Below, one piece after another: positions 24,260-30,846 of a stretch of 64,000 nucleotides of DNA. A model generated the notes under the pieces. It saw only the letters and a list, made by a program, of their open reading frames with translations, searched no databases and was not told where the DNA came from. Within the stretch, counting starts at the first letter, position 1; the number at the start of each line of letters is the position of its first letter. A program made the position numbers and the translations under genes. Origin of the DNA: Phycisphaerales bacterium (GTDB lineage Bacteria > Planctomycetota > Phycisphaerae > SM23-33 > FEN-1343); contig PMYD01000025.1 in assembly GCA_003171335.1 (NCBI GenBank), positions 2,682-66,681 on the forward strand, written 5' to 3'.

Positions 24260-24737
24260 TGGCGTGTTCCTGATGACGGCAGTCCTGGAGAATTCGTGTG
24301 CACTTGCGCGGCGTGACCTTGGCGTAGAACTCGCCGTTGATGTTCACCACCGGCGAGAGGCCGCAGGCGCCCATGCAGGCCACCACCTCGAGCGAGAAGA
24401 GCCCATCCCGGGTCGTCTGACCGGGACTGATCTTCAGCTCCTTCACCACCGCCTCCAGCACCGACAGCGAGCCTTTCACGTGACAGGCCGTGCCGCGGCA
24501 CACCTGCACGTGATACTTGCCCGGCCGCGTGAAGCGGAACTGGTTGTAAAACGTGGCGACGCCATAGATCTTGCTCGTGGGCAAGTTGAGGTGCTTGCCC
24601 ACCCGCATGATGACATCCTTGGAAAGGTACCCGTGCGCGGTCTGGATCTCCTGGAGAATGGGGATGAGCGTCTCACGCCCCGCCCCGGGGTGCCGCGCGA
24701 GAATCGGTTCAATGTCCGGCTCTACCATCGTGGCCAT
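24246..24737 (-). CDS. hydC: hydrogenase NuoE-like [2Fe-2S] thioredoxin-fold subunit HydC
   Basis: MATMVEPDIEPILARHPG.. from ATG (complement of 24735-24737, GGAAGG SD). NuoE motifs ..VQVCRGTACHVKG.. and ..EVVACMGACGLSPVV... Overlaps the hydB start by 14 nt. The ORF-track extension to 25139 is not credible. Confidence 0.8.
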   Translation of the reverse strand: MATMVEPDIEPILARHPGAGRETLIPILQEIQTAHGYLSKDVIMRVGKHLNLPTSKIYGVATFYNQFRFTRPGKYHVQVCRGTACHVKGSLSVLEAVVKELKISPGQTTRDGLFSLEVVACMGACGLSPVVNINGEFYAKVTPRKCTRILQDCRHQEHANAGC

Positions 24738-24760
24738 CCTTCCGCTGACTTTGGTACCTG

Positions 24761-24815
24761 AAAAAAACCGGCCTTCTGGAGGAGCGTTTTCGCATCGCTC
24801 CTCGCAGCCGGCCGG
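24761..24815 (-). terminator. intrinsic-terminator-like hairpin plus U7 tract on the minus strand, ~24 nt upstream of the hydC start codon
   Basis: Minus-strand RNA: CCGGCUGCGAGGAGCG-AUGCGAAAA-CGCUCCUCCAGAAGGCCGG, immediately followed by UUUUUUU (plus-strand A7 at 24761-24767). Confidence 0.5.
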
Positions 24816-24840
24816 CGGGCACGGCTGGGCCGGTTGGTGG

Positions 24841-24894
24841 CCCAGGCTTTCAGCCTGTGGCCTAAGTTTGGTGGCACAGGCTTTTAGCCTGTGG
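24841..24894. repeat. two REP-like hairpins (CCCAGGCT-TTC-AGCCTGTGG and GGTGGCACAGGCT-TTT-AGCCTGTGG)
   Basis: Read directly. Same family as 7541..7606, 16287..16350 and 52106..52129. Confidence 0.8.
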
Positions 24895-24986
24895 CCGAAC
24901 CTGTTCCGGCTCGCTTCATCATCGGTCGTTCGGCGTTGCAGCTTGTGAACCAGGCAACGCCCCAGCGTTGTTAAATCGCAAACGCT

Positions 24987-25002
24987 GTGAAAGCTTTCAC
25001 AA
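24987..25002. promoter_or_regulatory. perfect CRP/FNR-family-type palindrome TGTGA-AAGCTT-TCACA about 250 bp upstream of hydC
   Basis: TGTGAAAGCTTTCACA read directly, within the only low-GC stretch of the hydCBA upstream region (..TTAAATCGCAAACGC TGTGAAAGCTTTCACA ACCTTTATATGCCACC..). Confidence 0.45.
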
Positions 25003-25139
25003 CCTTTATATGCCACCGGGGCCAGGACGTCAAGCATCTTTTTGCGTGATTCGGACGGCATTGCCGGGCGGCAGGGAGGGTCAGAATATTGTAAGTTACT
25101 TAAGGAAAACATGTTACGTATTTTGGCGCGGGAATTCAA

Positions 25140-25660
25140 CTGAGGAATTTCCTCAGTTGGCGTTCCGGCAAGAAGCTTCTCAGATCAGGAATTTCCGATG
25201 TGACTCCAAACGGTTCGGAGTCGCGCTGGGCTCCAACTGGAGAATTTCTCCAGTCGACTCCGACATTGTCGGAGTCGCGCCCCCCTCAGGTCTGGGATTT
25301 CCGGATGCGACTCCAAAAGATTTGGGGTCGGGCGGCCGTCCAAGTGGAGAACTTCTCCAGTCGACTCCGACATTGTCGGAGTCGCGCCCCCGTCACGCCT
25401 GGAATTCCCGGAAGCGACTCCAATCGGTTCGGAGTCGCGCTGGGGTCAACTGTGGTTTTCCGCAGTCAACTCCGAAAATTTCGGAGTTGAGCTGTGTTCC
25501 GGCGGTCATGGCAGCAATCAGTTCATGCAGAGCATGAACTGAATGAAGATCAACTCCGAGAATTCGGATTTGAGTTGGGCCTGGCAGCCAATCAGTTCGT
25601 TACGGGAATGAACTGAAGGGGAGATCGACTCCGGAAATTTCCTGGTTGCGCCCCGCGCTT
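25140..25660. repeat. ~0.5 kb non-coding array of imperfect hairpin-forming repeats
   Basis: Units include CAACTGAGGAATTTCCTCAGTTG; CCAACTGGAGAATTTCTCCAGTCGACTCCGACATTGTCGGAGTCGCGCCCCC (x2); GACTCCAAACGGTTCGGAGTCGCGCTGGG (x2); CAACTCCGAAAATTTCGGAGTTGA; CAGTTCATGCAGAGCATGAACTGA. All read directly. Confidence 0.8.
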
Positions 25661-25667
25661 GGGGGCG

Positions 25668-27413
25668 TCAAGGCGTTTTCTGGTACACGTATACCGCCTG
25701 CGTCCGGGGGTCGTAGTCTTTGAACGGGCCGAAGCTGTGCGTTTCCAGTTCCGGCCGGCTCTGGTCGAGCCAGACCGTATCCAGCCGCTGGACCAACCGG
25801 TACTGGTAGCGGGTGGGTCCATTGAGACCCTGGTGCGGCCGGGAGAAGAAATCCATGTACTGCTTCAGCTCGGGCTGGGCGCCGAAGGCGATGAGCCAGT
25901 CCGGGAAGTTTTCCCCGCCCTGGAGCGGGGCGTGAAGCTGGCGGATCTTCTGCGCGGGCAGGTGTGTGTTTTCATTCAGCAGGCAGCCCATGCGGACACG
26001 ATCGCCCTGGTAGAACATCAGCGGGTAGTTGCAGAAGTCGGGGATGGCGAGTACCACATCATCGCGCTGCGCGTGGAGTTCCAGGAAGTCGCAGGCCTTC
26101 GAATACGACGTGGGGTAGGGGTGGGAAATCTCTTTAACATACGCGGGCAGGAGCCAGGCGACCTTGCTCGAGGGCAGGCCGGCCGTCAGCGCCGTGGTGC
26201 ACACGGCCAGAGCCAGCAGGGCGCCGGCGGCCAGGCGGCCCCAGAGCCGGTGCAGGCCGTGGAGCATGCCCAGCACCGCGCCGCAGAAACCGGCGAAAAA
26301 CGGGGCGGCGGGAATGAGGTACCGCACATCGGCGGTGTCGATGCCCTTCACCAGCGGCTGATAGGAGGCCGCCGACAGCAGAACCACGTACAGCAGGCCC
26401 AATGTGGCCCACTGTACCGCGGGCCGCACCAATGTGGCAGGGCCGCCCTCGGCTGTGCCGACTGGCCGCCGGCGGCGCAGGATAAGAATCAGCACCAGGC
26501 CCAGCAGGGCCAGCATCCAGGGCAGATACGTCTGGAAGTTCAGGCCCAGCAGGTTGCGCCACAGCAGGATGCCGTGGTGGGTGAGCCAGGGGATCTGGTC
26601 GGGCACCACATCGGGCCGCCGCCAGGCGTGATACACCAGCGTGTAGGGCGCCGTCCCCGCCGCCGCCAGTGCGGCCGCCGCCGCCGGCTTCCACAACTGC
26701 CGTAGCGGCCAGCTATGCCGGTGGAAGATCAGGTGATACGCCGCCAGGGCCACGGCGAAGACCGCCAGCAGGTAGTTGGCGTAAAAGAGCAGCGCCGTCA
26801 GCACGCCCAAAAGCAGGAAATACCGCAGCCGCCCGCGGTCAAGGCAGCGCCGGTACGCCCAGAACATGGCCACCGGCAGCAGCGCCGCCAGGGCGTAGTA
26901 GCGGCATTGGCGGATATTCAGCAGGTACGCCGGCGACAGCGCCAGAAGCGCCAGCGCGTACAGGCCGGCCGGCCCGGTGGGCAGTTCCCGCCGCACCAGC
27001 CGCCAGAACACGCCTAACGCCGCGAGGCCCGCTAAGAGAAACGGCAGCCGCACGGCGAAGGTCGATTTGCCCAGCAGGGCCATGGAGCCGGCGGCCACGT
27101 AAAAATCCAGCGGCGAGTTGATCGGCCGCAGGTTGTCATCCAGCAGCGCGCCGTTGCGGAAGGCCAGCAAATTGCGGCCGTCCCAGCCGGTCAAGTGACC
27201 GGTCTTCAGCAGGTTCGAGGCGATGATGCCCACCAGGGACTCATCATCCCACAGGTACGTGTGGTCCAGCCCCACCCCCCCCAGCACGGCGGCGGCGGCA
27301 ATGAGCCCCACGGCCAGCCGCCACGGGCGCGGACCTTGCGCCGGTGGGGGGGATGATTTAGCAGTAGCAGTAGCAGTAGTGCTCACGACCTGGGGACTGG
27401 CTTTTGCCATCAT
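25668..27413 (-). CDS. GT39/GT83-like (ArnT/PMT-type) polytopic membrane glycosyltransferase
   Basis: Start MMAKASPQ.. at the complement of 27411-27413. Many TM segments. ..HTYLWDDESLVG.. fits the DE-type loop-1 motif of PMT/ArnT-like enzymes. A (GCAGTA)3 repeat encodes the TATATA stretch near the N-terminus. Confidence 0.55.
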   Translation of the reverse strand: MMAKASPQVVSTTATATAKSSPPPAQGPRPWRLAVGLIAAAAVLGGVGLDHTYLWDDESLVGIIASNLLKTGHLTGWDGRNLLAFRNGALLDDNLRPINSPLDFYVAAGSMALLGKSTFAVRLPFLLAGLAALGVFWRLVRRELPTGPAGLYALALLALSPAYLLNIRQCRYYALAALLPVAMFWAYRRCLDRGRLRYFLLLGVLTALLFYANYLLAVFAVALAAYHLIFHRHSWPLRQLWKPAAAAALAAAGTAPYTLVYHAWRRPDVVPDQIPWLTHHGILLWRNLLGLNFQTYLPWMLALLGLVLILILRRRRPVGTAEGGPATLVRPAVQWATLGLLYVVLLSAASYQPLVKGIDTADVRYLIPAAPFFAGFCGAVLGMLHGLHRLWGRLAAGALLALAVCTTALTAGLPSSKVAWLLPAYVKEISHPYPTSYSKACDFLELHAQRDDVVLAIPDFCNYPLMFYQGDRVRMGCLLNENTHLPAQKIRQLHAPLQGGENFPDWLIAFGAQPELKQYMDFFSRPHQGLNGPTRYQYRLVQRLDTVWLDQSRPELETHSFGPFKDYDPRTQAVYVYQKTP

Positions 27414-27518
27414 CGCTTTCCTCGCTGCCGCGCGAAAAAGCTTACCACACGCGGCAGCCGGATGGGCCAACTTTTTGGCGCTTGCCGGCCGGCGGATGCA
27501 CGCCAGAAATGTGGATGA

Positions 27519-27642
27519 GGTGGCATGCCCTCACGCCGCCGGCCGCCGGGGGCGGCCAAGGTGGGTGGGCATGTCTGCCCGCAAAGAAAAAACCCATGCC
27601 CACCCGTCCGGTGCTTCGCCCCGTCCGCGAGGGCATGCCACC
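27519..27642. repeat. nested-palindrome element, copy 3 of 3
   Basis: GGTGGCATGCCCTCACG..GGTGGGTGGGCATG..CATGCCCACCCGTCCGGTGCTTCGCCCCGTCCGCGAGGGCATGCCACC. Sits in the divergent spacer between the GT39-like gene and the HEAT-repeat gene. Confidence 0.85.
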
Positions 27643-27722
27643 TTGCCGACCGTATTGGCGGTTCCTCCATGTCCTTAACATTCAAGCAATTGCAGCCGCG
27701 TATCCGATAATTGCCTTAGGCC

Positions 27723-29555
27723 ATGGACGGCGCCCGCTATAACCCTGCGCTGCTTGATCTGCTGGGCAAAACCCCCGGACCCGCGGCCGGCCGCGCGCTG
27801 GCGTGGGCGCTGGAAAAGAGCGACGGCGTCGTGCAGGCGGCGGTGCTGCGGCGGCTGCTGGGGCGGGCCGAGGAGGCCACGCGCCAACACATCGCCAGCA
27901 TGCTGCCGGCCATGCACGAGCCGGCCCGCAAGATGCTCTGCACCGAGCCATCCCTGCTTGAGCCGGTGGCCCGCGTGGGGTTGGCCGCCAAGGAGCCGGC
28001 GGTGCGGCTGTGCGTGGTGGAGCTGCTGGCCGAGGCCTGCCAGCCGAATTACGCCTATCTGCTGGCCACCACCGTCAACGACAATTCCGAGCTGGTCCGC
28101 AAGCAGGCCGCACAGGCGCTTTGCCAGATCGTCCGCCAGCATGCCGGCGATCCCGACGCGGCCACCCTGCACCTGCGGCCGGCGGTGATGGCGGCCATAT
28201 CCACCTTCCGCGCCCACCAGCTCGACGACACCGTCGAGGCGGCCGTCCTGCTGGGCTTCCAGTGCCCGCAGGAGGTGCTTGACCAGTTCAACGATCCGCT
28301 GCAACACCTCGTGGCGCCGCTGACGATCGTGCTGCGAAAGATGGATGGCTCGGCCAGCGCCGGGTTCGTGCTGTCGTGCCTGCAATACAGCCAGCTCGCT
28401 CCGGTGGCGCGGGCCCATATCGCCCACTGCGACTGGCCCGCGCTGGGCCAGCTTGGCCAGCACGAGCACTGGCTGAGCCTCAAAAACGTCTCGGGGGCGC
28501 TGGCGGCGATTCGAAACCTGCGGGCCGTGACGGAGGACCCCAACGGCCTGACCGAGCTGCCCTCCGACCTCCAGGGCGGGGCCTTGCGCATGGCCATGGC
28601 CACGGGCATTGCCCGCAAGTTCAAGGACATGCTGCTGGCGCTGGCGCTTTCGGGCGAGGCCGCGCTGGCCCAGGCGGCACTGCCGATCCTGCTGTCCGAG
28701 CGGGCCGATGCCCCCGAACTGCTGCTGATGGCCCTGCACAGCCGCTCCAGCCAGGTGCAGTCGCTGGCGGCGGCGAAGATCGTCTCGGGCGGACCGGATA
28801 GCCAGCTCATGGGCCACCTGCTGGAGGTGCTGCCCAACCTGGAAGAGCCGGTCCACTCGATGATCAGCGAGTACCTCGGCGCCGGCGGGTTCGACCGGTA
28901 CTGGCGAAACTACAATCGGCTCGATGGCGAGGTTCGTCAGCAGGCCGGCGCGGCGCTGCAAAAGCTGGATGGCCGGCTGGCCGACCACCTGGCCGCACGG
29001 CTGTTCAGCCCCGAAGTCAGCGAGCAGCTCCAGGCCGTGCAGATGGTGCGGCAACTGGGCATGGTGGACCGATTCGGCAACACGTTGTGCCAACTGGCCC
29101 GGCACGCCGGCCGCACAATCCGCTCGGCGGCGGCGATGGCCCTGGCCGATGTGAAAACCTTCGACGCCCGCTCCACGCTGGCCCGCTGCCTGCATGATGA
29201 CGATGAGCGCGTGCAGGCCAACGCCGTCGAGGCTTTGGCGGCTGGCGGCGGCGCTGCCTCCATCGTGGCCGACAAGATGGACAGCGCGCACAATCGCACG
29301 CGGGCCAACGCCATCAAATGGCTGCTGGAGGCCGGGCATCCCGCCGGCCCCAAGGCGTTGACGGCCATGCTCACCGACACCCGCGCGGCCCATCGGCTCA
29401 GCGCCCTGTGGGTGGTGAAGATGCTGCGCTACGCGGGAGCGTCAACCGTGCTGGATCAGTTGGCCATTCGCGATACCGACGCCAAGGTCCGCGCCCGCGC
29501 CGCCAGCGTTCGCCGGCTGCTCGATATGCCCCAAACCCAGGAGGCGGGCGCATGA
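27723..29555 (+). CDS. HEAT-repeat (PBS-lyase-like) protein
   Basis: 610 aa of repetitive alpha-helical ..AVR..A..ALG.. units typical of HEAT/PBS-lyase repeats, e.g. ..DDDERVQANAVEALAA.. and ..DTDAKVRARAASV... Confidence 0.55.
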   Translation: MDGARYNPALLDLLGKTPGPAAGRALAWALEKSDGVVQAAVLRRLLGRAEEATRQHIASMLPAMHEPARKMLCTEPSLLEPVARVGLAAKEPAVRLCVVELLAEACQPNYAYLLATTVNDNSELVRKQAAQALCQIVRQHAGDPDAATLHLRPAVMAAISTFRAHQLDDTVEAAVLLGFQCPQEVLDQFNDPLQHLVAPLTIVLRKMDGSASAGFVLSCLQYSQLAPVARAHIAHCDWPALGQLGQHEHWLSLKNVSGALAAIRNLRAVTEDPNGLTELPSDLQGGALRMAMATGIARKFKDMLLALALSGEAALAQAALPILLSERADAPELLLMALHSRSSQVQSLAAAKIVSGGPDSQLMGHLLEVLPNLEEPVHSMISEYLGAGGFDRYWRNYNRLDGEVRQQAGAALQKLDGRLADHLAARLFSPEVSEQLQAVQMVRQLGMVDRFGNTLCQLARHAGRTIRSAAAMALADVKTFDARSTLARCLHDDDERVQANAVEALAAGGGAASIVADKMDSAHNRTRANAIKWLLEAGHPAGPKALTAMLTDTRAAHRLSALWVVKMLRYAGASTVLDQLAIRDTDAKVRARAASVRRLLDMPQTQEAGA

Positions 29556-30070
29556 TGGCGGCGCTGGGATATGCGTGTGTGGCGCTGGTGGCGCGCGGGC
29601 TCATCGCTTTTAGTCCGCTCCTGGCGGCCGCGAATGGCGCCAGCGATGCGAACGATGCAGGCAGCGTTCAGGCCCTGGGCAAGGCCTTCAGCGTCATCCG
29701 CAAGTCCGTCCGCACGGAGGATCGCTATTCGCCCGTGGTGCTGCTGGTTGTCGCGGGGGCGGCGATCATGAGCGCTTCGGTCTACGGCGTGTGGCGCTGG
29801 CAGCAGAAGCGCGGCCGCGAGCCCTCATCCCGGGCGCTCTTGCGCCTGGCCTGCGACCAGTTGAAGCTGTCCACCTCGCAGCGACGGCTCGTGTGGCTGC
29901 TGGGAACCGTGGCGGCCCTGGAGCCGGCCTCGGCCCTGGCCAGCCCCCAACTGCTGACGGGCCTGGTGGACCAGGCCGAGCAGGCCGGCCTGCACCTCTC
30001 GCCGGCCAGGACGCTCCAAGTGGGCCAGATCCTCGATATTGTCTCGGCCGCCAGCACCGCCGCCGAGTAG
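29552..30070 (+). CDS. hypothetical membrane/secreted protein
   Basis: MMAALGYACVALVARGLIAFSPLLAAANG.. with AGGAGG SD. Its ATGATG start overlaps the HEAT-protein stop (translational coupling). A second TM follows (..VVLLVVAGAAIMSASVYGVW..). Confidence 0.4.
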   Translation: MMAALGYACVALVARGLIAFSPLLAAANGASDANDAGSVQALGKAFSVIRKSVRTEDRYSPVVLLVVAGAAIMSASVYGVWRWQQKRGREPSSRALLRLACDQLKLSTSQRRLVWLLGTVAALEPASALASPQLLTGLVDQAEQAGLHLSPARTLQVGQILDIVSAASTAAE

Positions 30071-30084
30071 CGACGTTCCCCAGA

Positions 30085-30235
30085 GAAGAGCAGGGTGCCG
30101 TGGTTGCGTCCTTGTGCAACCACGCGTCTCGGAAAGAATCCCCCCCTTGGGCGTGGCTGGGTGCCGTGGTTGCGTCTTTGTGCAACCACGCGTTTCGGAA
30201 AGAATCCTCCCCTTGCGCGTGGCTGCCGGAGCGGC
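30085..30235. repeat. tandem ~57-bp direct repeat x2, each holding a 9-bp-stem hairpin CGTGGTTGC-N8-GCAACCACG
   Basis: GGTGCCGTGGTTGCGTCCTTGTGCAACCACGCGTCTCGGAAAGAATCCCCCCCTTGGGCGTGGCT, then a near-identical second copy. Confidence 0.8.
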
Positions 30236-30277
30236 AGATTTCCCACCGCAAATCACCGGCCGACGAGAAAAAATGGC

Positions 30278-30305
30278 TTGACAAGATAGTATTGCGTGGT
30301 ATTAT
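30278..30305 (+). promoter_or_regulatory. near-consensus sigma70-type promoter (TTGACA-16 nt-TATTAT) with an upstream A-tract
   Basis: ..GAGAAAAAATGGC TTGACA AGATAGTATTGCGTGG TATTAT AGCC.. read directly. It would start a + strand transcript ~535 nt upstream of the sensor-kinase ATG at 30847, running through the 30535..30690 tandem repeats. Confidence 0.45.
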
Positions 30306-30534
30306 AGCCGTGGTGTGATTGATGCCATCGAGGCGCGAACCGGTTCTACTGGAACTGGTTAGTCGATGAGGGCTGTCCGCGCGGCCGTTGAACGGCCGTG
30401 CGGCGGCGCGAAGAATTGGCAATTGAAGAGCGTTTAGAGCAACATGTCCGCATGGTCCGGTGCGGAGTGACGGAAACGGCAACTGCGGAGTTTCCACAAT
30501 TCCATTATCTGTAATGGATTATGCGTGGTTTCGG

Positions 30535-30690
30535 ACAGAACAACTGAGGAATTTCCGCAGTTCCATTATCTGTAACGTCGGCTGCCGGAAGTTGGAAAGA
30601 CCAACTGAGGAACTTCCGCAGTTCCATTATCTGTAACGGCCGGCTGCCGGAAGTCGGAAAGACCAACTGAGGAACTTCCGCAGTTGCTCC
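30535..30690. repeat. tandem ~62-bp direct repeats (about 3 units): CAACTGAGGAACTTCCGCAGTTCCATTATCTGTAACGGCCGGCTGCCGGAAGTCGGAAAGAC
   Basis: Read directly. Each unit can fold (CTGCCGGAAGT / ACTTCCGCAG). The 5' part is related to the CAACTGAGGAATTTCCTCAGTTG unit at 25140. Confidence 0.8.
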
Positions 30691-30846
30691 GTTCGGCGCC
30701 CATGCAGACGGTGAAGGATGATGGAACCAGTCCATTTTGCGGCGTTTGCGGCTGTTCCTTCCGGCGGATGAAAACCTTTAGAGTGCCACGCAGGGGGGTG
30801 GAATTGGGCTGGACTGAGATGTATCCTCAAACCAGAAGACTCAGGC

